Below are positions 28,080-36,197 of a DNA stretch of 64,000 nucleotides, one piece after another (the first letter of the stretch is position 1; every line of letters begins with the position of its first letter). Source of the DNA: Candidatus Eiseniibacteriota bacterium (GTDB lineage Bacteria > Joyebacterota > Joyebacteria > Joyebacterales > Joyebacteraceae); the NCBI GenBank assembly GCA_030622115.1, contig JAUXGN010000003.1:35465-99464 (forward strand), written 5' to 3'. The position numbers and the translations under genes are program-made. Under the pieces are notes generated by a model, which saw only the letters and a program-made list of their open reading frames with translations, made no database searches and had not been told where the DNA came from.

Positions 28080-28130
28080 CTGCATCCTCCTTGAGCCGAC
28101 AATAACAACCATAACTACAACTATTACCAT

Positions 28131-28159
28131 ATTTTAACCTAATCCAACGGATTCGTCAA
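28131..28159 (-). promoter_or_regulatory. sigma70-type promoter on the minus strand (-35 TTGACG, 17 bp, -10 TAAAAT) ~45 nt upstream of the second C25 gene
   Basis: Reverse complement of 28154-28159 = TTGACG and of 28131-28136 = TAAAAT. Confidence 0.45.
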
Positions 28160-28276
28160 GGATTTATGAACCGCGCACCACATCATCGCGACTGGCCTGC
28201 GTTCCTTGATACTCTGACGCTGGCTTCATGCATACGTTGCGGCTTGTTCCGCTCCACCAGCATGGTTGCCGTGAGA

Positions 28277-28302
28277 ACGCCCCCGGCAGTCGCCGGGGGC
28301 GT
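28277..28302. terminator. GC-rich hairpin (11-bp stem ACGCCCCCGGC / GCCGGGGGCGT, loop AGTC) ~45 nt downstream of the paralog-A gene; candidate terminator or attenuator
   Basis: Inverted repeat read from the sequence; T-rich run on the plus side only. Confidence 0.35.
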
Positions 28303-28348
28303 TCTATTAGTGATCCGTACTCACGCCGTAAGCTCTCTCTATACTATG

Positions 28349-29584
28349 CTATCTATAGAAGGACTTGATCGTGCCCCAACTCGAGCGCTCGACCGGGATC
28401 TCAGTCTCCATGAGCCATGTGTCATCAAGCATGATGCCTGCGCCGCCCGCGGTCCCGGGCCCGCAGCCGTTGTCCGTGGTGTTGAAGGTCAACTTGAACT
28501 GGAAGAACGTCCCCGGCAGGAGATCCGTGATATCGATGCCGTCGAGACCGTGCGCGGACCACCCGTCACACTGCCCGAAATCGCCCCACCAGGCTCCGAC
28601 CTGGTTCCAGACTACCCCTCCGTCGACTGTCACCGACTCCGTGTAGTAGTCGTTGTCCACCTGCGGTACCTCGGCGTGGAGGGCAAAGAAGAGAGTACAG
28701 GCCGACGCGGGGGTGAGACCGGAGATATCCACCTGCGGTGAGATGAGGGAATTGGAGAGATCTGGTGGGATGAGACTGGTATCTGCGTCATCTCCACACC
28801 ACCAGCTGGTCGGGTCACTGTATGCCGGGCACGCACGTGTGATCTGGTGCCAGTAGTCGCCTGATGACGCGGGGACTGCTGGAGTGCAGAGCCCGCCCGA
28901 TTCCACGTCGTCCAGGAAGTAGACGGCGCCGCCGTAGAAATCGAAGATCGTCACGTTGTCTACCATATAGGCGCCTCCGACCGAGTCGTAGTCGCCATCC
29001 TCATCGGAATAGGCGCCGTCCGATACGAAGCGGAAGCGAGCTTCTACAGGATTGTCAGCCACATTGAGCACGAAGCCGTACGCACCTAAGTCGACCCAGG
29101 TGCCGCCGCTGATCAGGCCGCAGTACCCGGCGTTCTGCGCTGTGAAAACCCCGCCGATTTTCACATCGACATACGTGAAATCATAATCCTGCTCGCTGTC
29201 GTAGTAATGCACGAATGTGAGAATGGGATAGTAGGCGGTGCTCACATCCGTCGTCGGGATGATGAGAAGGTCGGTCCATGTGTTGCCGTAGCCGCCATTG
29301 GTGTCGTATGCGAAGTTACCACACCACCAGTGGTTCGTGTCGTAGGCCATGTACGTGTCAACATGGAAATGCGGAGTGGCGACAGCCGTCTCATCCACAG
29401 TCGTCCATCCGTTGGTTCCACTTTCCATGTCGTCGAACCAGAGCATGGCGGGCCGGGGGCCGAGGTCGGAATAGTCGGCGACCGACGCCTGCTGTCTGGC
29501 TGGGAGGATGGGGGAAAACAGTACGACTGCCGCGAGGGCTACGAGAACAGTCCTTGCAGTCATGATAGGACCTCCTTTGCGCAT
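28349..29584 (-). CDS. secreted Cys/Trp-rich protein of an unrecognised family with an internally duplicated module (paralog A)
   Basis: 411 aa; signal peptide; 'WWCG' appears twice (HWWCGNFAYD / SWWCGDDADT) with aromatic-rich beta-strand periodicity; no HEXXH; conserved C-terminus 'PVERSSWGTIKSFYR'; alternative start at 29563. Confidence 0.6.
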   Translation of the reverse strand: MRKGGPIMTARTVLVALAAVVLFSPILPARQQASVADYSDLGPRPAMLWFDDMESGTNGWTTVDETAVATPHFHVDTYMAYDTNHWWCGNFAYDTNGGYGNTWTDLLIIPTTDVSTAYYPILTFVHYYDSEQDYDFTYVDVKIGGVFTAQNAGYCGLISGGTWVDLGAYGFVLNVADNPVEARFRFVSDGAYSDEDGDYDSVGGAYMVDNVTIFDFYGGAVYFLDDVESGGLCTPAVPASSGDYWHQITRACPAYSDPTSWWCGDDADTSLIPPDLSNSLISPQVDISGLTPASACTLFFALHAEVPQVDNDYYTESVTVDGGVVWNQVGAWWGDFGQCDGWSAHGLDGIDITDLLPGTFFQFKLTFNTTDNGCGPGTAGGAGIMLDDTWLMETEIPVERSSWGTIKSFYR

Positions 29585-29692
29585 GAGATCGTCTCTCTCC
29601 GCTCGATCGGCGGCGGATAGGCCAGCTACGACTGATTCTTGGCCGCGGATCCCACATTGTCAACACAAAAAACCACATTCGCGGGTTGGGAT

Positions 29693-30952
29693 TCATCGAT
29701 ACAGCGCCTTGATCCTACCCCAGCTCTTGCGCTCAACCGGAACATCCGTTGTCTCAAGCCAGATGTCGTCGAGCGCAATCCCGGCTCCTCCCGCGACCCC
29801 CGGTCCGCATCCGTTCGATGTCGTGAAGAAGCGGATCATGAACTTGAATGATGTCCCAGGGAAGAGATGCGTAATGCCGTGTCCGGTAACGCCCGCGTTT
29901 CCCCAACCGTCGCACGACTCGAAGTCACCCCAGTACGCTCCCAACTGATACCACGATGCTCCATCATCTACCGATGCGTAGACGCTCCAGTAGTCGTTAT
30001 CCACGGTTGGCACTTCGGCGTGCAGCATGTAGCGCAGCGTGCAGGCGACCGAGCGATCGAGGCCGCTCAAGTCGACCGCCGGTGACTCCAGACGATTGTC
30101 CAGGTTGGGCGGGATGTGGCCGGTATCGGCGTCGTCTCCGCACCACCAGCTGCATGGATCGCTGTAGGCGGCGCACCGCCTGTCAGTGATGTGCCAGTAG
30201 TCTCCCACGGCCGGACGCACGCTGGGATTGCAGAGACCTCCGTTCTCGACATCGTCGAGAAAGTACGTCTCACCGCCGTAGTAGTCGAAGACCTTGATGT
30301 TATCAACGTGGTACGCGCCGCCGATCGAGTCGAAGCCACCGTCTTCATCTGAGATCGTGCCGTCCGAGAGAAAGCGGAAGCGAAGCTCCAGCGGGTGGTC
30401 GTATCCCTCGACAACGTATCCGTAGACACCGAAGTCCTGCCAGGAACCACCGGGTATCAGACCGCAGTAGCCCGGGTTCAGATCTGTGAATTCACCCCCG
30501 TCCTTCACTTGCACGTAGGTGAAATCGGAGCCCGGCTCGGAGTGGTAGTAGTGCGCGAATGTGAGTATCGGGTAGTCGGCGCCGGACACGTCGATGAGAG
30601 GTAGCTCAAGGCGATCGTCCCACTGGTCTCCGTATCCACCGTCCGAGTCGAAATCGAACGAACCGCACCACCATGAGCGTTCGCCCTCAAAGGCCATGTA
30701 GGTGTTCACATGAAAGTGCGGCGCTACGCCCCACGTGTTGTCTCGGTGATTCCAGCCGGCTTCGCCGCTCTCCATGTCGTCGTACCAGATAACGGTGCCC
30801 CGCGTCCTCGGGGATCGGAATGCGCGTGTGTCCATCTCGGGAGTTGCTCTGCCGTACGTGGGAAACACGAGAACCAGCGTGACGATCAGGAGAAGGCCGA
30901 CGAGATTTCTCATGTGAGTACGCCGCATCTGCGGGGATTTCGATCCGGACAT
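29693..30952 (-). CDS. secreted Cys/Trp-rich protein (paralog B, ~60% identical to 28349..29584)
   Basis: 419 aa; AAGGAGAG SD; same module order and Cys positions; C-terminus 'PVERKSWGRIKALYR'. Confidence 0.6.
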   Translation of the reverse strand: MSGSKSPQMRRTHMRNLVGLLLIVTLVLVFPTYGRATPEMDTRAFRSPRTRGTVIWYDDMESGEAGWNHRDNTWGVAPHFHVNTYMAFEGERSWWCGSFDFDSDGGYGDQWDDRLELPLIDVSGADYPILTFAHYYHSEPGSDFTYVQVKDGGEFTDLNPGYCGLIPGGSWQDFGVYGYVVEGYDHPLELRFRFLSDGTISDEDGGFDSIGGAYHVDNIKVFDYYGGETYFLDDVENGGLCNPSVRPAVGDYWHITDRRCAAYSDPCSWWCGDDADTGHIPPNLDNRLESPAVDLSGLDRSVACTLRYMLHAEVPTVDNDYWSVYASVDDGASWYQLGAYWGDFESCDGWGNAGVTGHGITHLFPGTSFKFMIRFFTTSNGCGPGVAGGAGIALDDIWLETTDVPVERKSWGRIKALYR

Positions 30953-31097
30953 GGTACTCTCCTTGGCGCAGATCGTAGGATCAGCGTGTCCGGTCTTGGG
31001 GAGGCTACGGGAAGTCTGGCAGCAGCTTCATTCTTCCTTCTGTGGGCAACCGTTGTCAATGAATATACTCCTCACGCATCCCGATACAAGCACAGGC

Positions 31098-31126
31098 TTG
31101 ACAGACACGTCTCTTAGACCTAAGAA
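31098..31126 (+). promoter_or_regulatory. possible promoter for the CsgG-like gene (consensus -35 TTGACA, 17 bp, weak -10 TAAGAA)
   Basis: Hexamers read from the sequence in the divergent intergenic region. Confidence 0.3.
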
Positions 31127-31211
31127 TACAGCTGTGGTTGATTCAATACTCTTGCGGACTCCGGACTGCTGAAGGGTGTCGGGGGGACGTGCCAATGTGG
31201 AGGGTGTGTTG

Positions 31212-32147
31212 ATGAAGACAAGAAGAACGGCTCTGTGGACCATTCTGGTCATGTTCCTGGTGGTGGCTGCTGTCTCACCGCCCGCGGGAGCGAAGAAGGA
31301 CGAGGCGCCGGCGGGTCTCAAGAAGATGATCGCGGTCGTCGAGTTCGAGGACAAGAGCGACCGCAGCCGCTGGAACTGGACCGGTCCCAATCCTGGTCGC
31401 GGGATGTCCGACATGCTTGTGACCGCGCTTGTTCAGTCCGGCGCGTTCAGTGTGATGGAGCGTGAGCAGCTGGATCATGTCCTTGCCGAGCAGAACCTCG
31501 GACAGTCGGGGATGGTCACGGCCCAGACCGCGCCTCAGTTGGGAAAACTCCTCGGTGTTGCAGCCATCGTCTACGGCTCGGTGTCCGAGTTTGGCTACAT
31601 GGCATCCGATACCGGCGGCAGCATTCCCGGGTTGGGCGGCGGCGGATTTTCGAAGACGACGGCGCGCGTCTCCATCGACGTCCGTCTGATAGACACGACG
31701 ACGGCGGAGATCATCCTGGCCGAGACCGCATCGGACGAGAAAACGCAGATGGGACTCAAGCTCAGAACGCAGGATTTCTCCTTCGGGCACGACGGCAAAT
31801 TCGATCAGACGCTTGTGGGCAAGGCCACGCGTGAGGCGATCGAGGATCTGGTCGAGAGCATAGTTGAGGCACTCGAAGATGTCCCCTGGACCGGGCGGAT
31901 CATCAAGGCCTCCGGTGGGAAGATCTACCTCAACGCCGGACAGAGTATCGGCATCACGTCAGGGATGAGATTCAACGTCTACAGGATGGGGGAGGCTCTG
32001 ATCGATCCGGTCACAGGATTGGATCTGGGAGCTGAGGAGGAGTTGCTCGGCGTCATTGAGGCGTCCGATATCAAGGAGAAGTACTCCATCTGTTCGCTCG
32101 TCAGTGGTTCGGGACTCGATGCCGGAGACATGGTTCGCTACGAGTAG
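31212..32147 (+). CDS. CsgG-family (curli production assembly/transport component-like) secreted or lipoprotein
   Basis: ATG at 31212 (the in-frame GTG at 31176 is also possible); 'KKMIAVVEFEDKS…GRGMSDMLVTALVQSGAFSVMEREQL' matches the CsgG N-terminal core. Confidence 0.65.
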   Translation: MKTRRTALWTILVMFLVVAAVSPPAGAKKDEAPAGLKKMIAVVEFEDKSDRSRWNWTGPNPGRGMSDMLVTALVQSGAFSVMEREQLDHVLAEQNLGQSGMVTAQTAPQLGKLLGVAAIVYGSVSEFGYMASDTGGSIPGLGGGGFSKTTARVSIDVRLIDTTTAEIILAETASDEKTQMGLKLRTQDFSFGHDGKFDQTLVGKATREAIEDLVESIVEALEDVPWTGRIIKASGGKIYLNAGQSIGITSGMRFNVYRMGEALIDPVTGLDLGAEEELLGVIEASDIKEKYSICSLVSGSGLDAGDMVRYE

Positions 32148-32166
32148 CATCCAGCGAGGAGATAGG

Positions 32167-33378
32167 ATGAACAGAGAGACAATCGTGATAGTGCTGGCCG
32201 GAGGCAAGGGGAAGCGACTCTGGCCGCTGACGCGAGACCGCGCCAAGCCTGCCGTGCCGTTTGGCGGCATCTATCGCATCATCGACTTCAGTCTCTCTAA
32301 CTGCATCAATTCGGGCCTCAAACGGATCTTCGTGCTGACGCAGTACAAGTCGCGGTCGCTCGCGCTGCACCTGAGACAGGGGTGGGGATTCCTCAGCCAC
32401 TGGGTGGGTGAGTTTATTGAGAGCGTGCCCGCGCAGCAGCGCCTCGGTGAGGATTGGTACCGAGGCACCGCCGATGCGATATGGCAGAATGTACATCTAC
32501 TCGATCGCGCCGGACCGCGGTTCACACTCATTCTATCGGGCGACCATATCTACGCGATGAACTACAACTCGATCCTCGCTTTCCACGCGGCGTCCGGAGG
32601 CGACGTGACAATCTGCGTGCAGGAGCGCAGCATCGATGACGCGTCCGGTCTCGGGATAGTCGAGGTAGATGAGCGGATGATCGTGCGCGGCTTTCAAGAG
32701 AAGCCCGATCATCCGACGACGATGCCGGGCGCTCCCGATCGCGTGTTGGCCTCGATGGGAATCTACGTGTTCAAGACCGACGCCATGGTAGAGATCCTCG
32801 AGTCAGTGATCGCAGACGGGAAATACGACTTCGGTCACGACGTGATCCCGAGGATGGTGGAGCAGGGAGCGGACGTGAGGGTGTTCGTGTTCAGGGATGG
32901 GGATGAACCCGGCTACTGGCGCGACATCGGGACAACGGACGCCTACTGGGCGGCCAACATGGATCTTGTGGAGATCATTCCTCAGCTGAATCTGTACGAC
33001 ACGAACTGGCCGATTCACACGTACCAGGGAGGACATCCTCCAGCGAAGTTTGTGTTCGCCGGAGGCGGAGGTGGGGGGAGGATGGGCGCTGCCGTGGACT
33101 CCATCGTTTCCACCGGCGCAATAATCTCTGGCGGCAGGATCCAGCGTTGCGTTCTCTCGCCCGGCGTGAGAACGAACAGCCACAGCTATGTGTTCGAGTC
33201 CATTCTCATGGAGGATGTCGACGTTGGGCGCTACGCGAAGCTCCGCCGCGTCATTGTCGACAAGGGCGTGCGGATTCCCCCCAAGACGCAGATCGGCTAT
33301 GATTCCGAAGAGGACGCGGAACGCTTCACAACAACCGAGAGCGGCATAGTTGTCATCCCGAAGGAGTTCCGATTCTGA
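32167..33378 (+). CDS. glgC: glucose-1-phosphate adenylyltransferase
   Basis: 'VLAGGKGKRLWPLTRDRAKPAVPFGGIYRIIDFSLSNCINSG…VLTQYKSRSL' is the canonical GlgC N-terminus; the six-frame ORF 32056.. carries a spurious upstream extension. Confidence 0.9.
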   Translation: MNRETIVIVLAGGKGKRLWPLTRDRAKPAVPFGGIYRIIDFSLSNCINSGLKRIFVLTQYKSRSLALHLRQGWGFLSHWVGEFIESVPAQQRLGEDWYRGTADAIWQNVHLLDRAGPRFTLILSGDHIYAMNYNSILAFHAASGGDVTICVQERSIDDASGLGIVEVDERMIVRGFQEKPDHPTTMPGAPDRVLASMGIYVFKTDAMVEILESVIADGKYDFGHDVIPRMVEQGADVRVFVFRDGDEPGYWRDIGTTDAYWAANMDLVEIIPQLNLYDTNWPIHTYQGGHPPAKFVFAGGGGGGRMGAAVDSIVSTGAIISGGRIQRCVLSPGVRTNSHSYVFESILMEDVDVGRYAKLRRVIVDKGVRIPPKTQIGYDSEEDAERFTTTESGIVVIPKEFRF

Positions 33379-33425
33379 AAGGATGAGGTCGCACCGGACG
33401 CCCCCCCCGAGAGGTTCGCTGCTCC

Positions 33426-34163
33426 GTGGACCGACAGCATCCGCAGAAGACGCAGGCGTGGAGTCGGCGGAACGCCGAGTACCGGCGCGGTGTACTGATT
33501 GCCGTGGGCCTGTCGGTTGCGGTGCACGTCCTTCTTTCGCTGGCGCTGGCGCCGTTCAGGGATAGGATACCGGTTGTTCGCCACATAGGTTACTACGGAC
33601 CGACGCGCATCCTTCCTGAGATATCGATAGAGCGAGCAACGGCTAATCTGGAGTCCAGGGTTCGTCCGACGATCGGACGCGGAGCGACCAACGCCTTTCA
33701 TATAGTCCCGATCACGATCACCGACTGGGCCGTGCCGAGTGACGAGGCCGATGAGGCCGAGTCGAACGATGTGGCCGATGACGCGAGTGCCGGCGATAAC
33801 CTGCTCGCAGAGCTTGAGATGTCGTTGCCGCAGCCCCAGAGCCGGGACATGGTCGTCCTGCACCTTGTGACTCCTGAGTATCCTGTTTCATCCACGACAG
33901 CGGGCGTCGAGGGAGTTGTCGTCTTCCGTCTGCATGTGACGAAGACGGGGGAGGTGGTGAACGCGTGGCTGCTGCGGTCGGAAGTCGACCGCGCCTGCGA
34001 GCGCGCTGCACTCAGAGCTCTTCGTCGCTGGCGCTATCGTCCCTGTATCGTGGACGGCGAACCTGTGAGCTTCCTCGGTGATCAGGCCGTCCGCTTCCGA
34101 CTCCTTGACCCCTTCGAAGATGGCGCTGCGGAGTCTCGCGCGGACGTGCCCGGCCGGAGGTAG
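33426..34163 (+). CDS. tonB: TonB-family energy transducer
   Basis: GTG start; N-terminal TM anchor; C-terminal TonB_C fold 'PEYPVSSTTAGVEGVVVFRLHVTKTGEVVNAWLLRS…ALRALRRWRYRP'. Confidence 0.7.
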   Translation: MDRQHPQKTQAWSRRNAEYRRGVLIAVGLSVAVHVLLSLALAPFRDRIPVVRHIGYYGPTRILPEISIERATANLESRVRPTIGRGATNAFHIVPITITDWAVPSDEADEAESNDVADDASAGDNLLAELEMSLPQPQSRDMVVLHLVTPEYPVSSTTAGVEGVVVFRLHVTKTGEVVNAWLLRSEVDRACERAALRALRRWRYRPCIVDGEPVSFLGDQAVRFRLLDPFEDGAAESRADVPGRR

Positions 34164-34268
34164 CACTGCACCTTGACATTGCAGTGTGTGGTGGCGGACA
34201 CTCGTGGGGCAATGCCGCGTGCTAGCGTGCGATGGTTCCAACTCAAGGCCAGGACGAAAGGATCTCCG

Positions 34269-36188
34269 ATGCACCGATCCGGGACGATGATTTTCATTGC
34301 TGTCCTAATGCCCGTCCTGCTTGCGGCGGCTCCCGTGTCCGGTGCGTCCGACGACGCCCCGCGTGGCGGGGACGCGGAGTTCGTGTTCGTGGAAGAGGTC
34401 GCAACCGGCGATCGGTGCGTCGGGCTGTCTGTCTTCCAGGGAACGGAGATCGAGGAATTCGAACTCGAGATCATCGGTGTGGTCCGAGGTGTGTCGCCGG
34501 GGAGCGATCTCATTCTTGCTCGGGCAGAAGGCGAGCTGCTTGAGAAGACCGGTATCATGCACGGTATGAGCGGCAGTCCCGTCTACAAGGACGGCCGCCT
34601 GATCGGAGCGATCGCCTCCGCGTGGTCATTCTGCAAGGATCCGATAGCTGGGATCACTCCCATCAAGGAGATGCTTCGCGCGTATGACATGCTGGACGAG
34701 ATGCCCACCTCGGCGGGCGCGCCCGGGGGCGCGGCCGGTCCCGCGTTCGATCAGATAACCGGCGGAGAGGTGTGGGGATCGCGCGTAGCATGGGTATCGA
34801 GGGCGGCGGGAATTGGAACCGGCGGCGCTTCTGAACAACTCCAGTGGTCGTCAACCGCTCGCATCCCCGAAGCCACACTGAGGGGGATCAGTGCTCCCGC
34901 CGATGGCTCGGAACTGACGCCACTCAGCGTGCCTCTCTTCGTGTCGGGCGCCGAACCTCGTTTCCTGGACGGTGCTCGCGGGGTTCTGTCGGGGCTGTCT
35001 CTGACTCCTGTTGCTGGAGGGATGTCGGCAAGCGGGTCTGCGTCAGGGGAAGCAGCGGCGCTTCTCCCCGGGGCTTCAGTCGGTGTCCAGTTTGTGCGCG
35101 GCGACGTCAACATGACGGCTGTCGGAACGGTGACGCATCGCGATGGCGATCGCATCCTCGCGTTCGGGCATCCAATGTTCCACGCCGGACCGGTCGAACT
35201 CCCAATGGTCGGAGCCTTCGTGCATACCACGATGCCCATGCTCTCGTCATCGCACAAGTTCGCCTCCGGGACCGAGCTTGTGGGCACGTTCTATCAGGAC
35301 CGAAGCAGGATGGTGGCCGGTCGACTGGGCCGTGCGCCCAAGATGCTGCCGCTCGCGGTCGCGGTTCACTCACCGACAGGCGGTGTGCGCGAATTCGGAT
35401 TCGAGGTGCTGCGTTCTCCCACCTACACATCACTCTTCTCAAGCCTGGCAGTGGCCGGCGCCATCTCCGAGGTTACGAAGTCGGCGGGTCCGGCGGATGT
35501 CGTGTTGCGAATACGCCTCGTTATGGATGAGGGTGAGATTAGCTATGGCAATCGTTTCTTCAGCGAGATGCCAACGTTTCGAAGTGCGGGCGAACTTGCT
35601 ACGCTCATGGATATCATGCTTCTGAACGAGTTCGAGAACCATGAAATCGAGCGCATCGAACTGGAAGTTGAACTCGACGAGACCCGGCGACGGGCCGCCA
35701 TCGTGCGGATCAGCACCGACAGAAGTACCTACGCTCCCGGGGACGTCGTCAGGGTCAACGTCGTCCTTCGCAACTGGCAATCAGGGCTCACGGAGCGAAC
35801 GATCGAGCTCCCCCTCCCGGAATCTGAACAAGAAGGTCAGATCTTCCTCTGGGTTGGCGGAGCGGAGGAGTATCACGAATTGGAATCGGGCAGGCTGGGC
35901 GATGGGCTTGTGCCGCGAAGCTACGGCCAGCTCATCGATCTGATAGCTCGATCTCGCTCCGAAGACACCGTCGTTGCCCAGCTTCTTTCCCTGAGACCAG
36001 GCCTCTCCCTTTCGGGAGACGAGCTTCGAAGCCTACCAGGAAGGGCGGCATTGGCCATGGCGTCCGTTGCATCGAGCGGGGCCGCGGTTCGCACCGAGAT
36101 GACAGTGCTCGCACAGGATGAGTTCACATATGACCGGTCTGTGATCGGATCGCACCAAATCCAGTTGACAGTCAGAACGGATCGATAA
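34269..36188 (+). CDS. secreted serine peptidase with an S55 (SpoIVB-like) / trypsin-fold catalytic motif and a large C-terminal extension
   Basis: Start at 'MHRSGTMIFIAVLMPVLLAAAPVSG' with an AAAGGA SD; 'GIMHGMSGSPVYKDGRLIGAI' resembles the SpoIVB catalytic-Ser block (GMSGSP). Confidence 0.5.
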   Translation: MHRSGTMIFIAVLMPVLLAAAPVSGASDDAPRGGDAEFVFVEEVATGDRCVGLSVFQGTEIEEFELEIIGVVRGVSPGSDLILARAEGELLEKTGIMHGMSGSPVYKDGRLIGAIASAWSFCKDPIAGITPIKEMLRAYDMLDEMPTSAGAPGGAAGPAFDQITGGEVWGSRVAWVSRAAGIGTGGASEQLQWSSTARIPEATLRGISAPADGSELTPLSVPLFVSGAEPRFLDGARGVLSGLSLTPVAGGMSASGSASGEAAALLPGASVGVQFVRGDVNMTAVGTVTHRDGDRILAFGHPMFHAGPVELPMVGAFVHTTMPMLSSSHKFASGTELVGTFYQDRSRMVAGRLGRAPKMLPLAVAVHSPTGGVREFGFEVLRSPTYTSLFSSLAVAGAISEVTKSAGPADVVLRIRLVMDEGEISYGNRFFSEMPTFRSAGELATLMDIMLLNEFENHEIERIELEVELDETRRRAAIVRISTDRSTYAPGDVVRVNVVLRNWQSGLTERTIELPLPESEQEGQIFLWVGGAEEYHELESGRLGDGLVPRSYGQLIDLIARSRSEDTVVAQLLSLRPGLSLSGDELRSLPGRAALAMASVASSGAAVRTEMTVLAQDEFTYDRSVIGSHQIQLTVRTDR

Positions 36189-36197
36189 GGAGGGATA

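Noticed and set aside
19471-28130. Mobile or horizontally acquired island containing the C25 genes
   Set aside because: No integrase, transposase, flanking tRNA or direct repeats were seen. Codon usage and GC look like the rest of the window by eye.
28166-28741. 191-aa + strand ORF in the paralog-A / C25 intergenic region
   Set aside because: Antisense to the paralog-A coding region for most of its length; no RBS; composition typical of GC-rich shadow ORFs.
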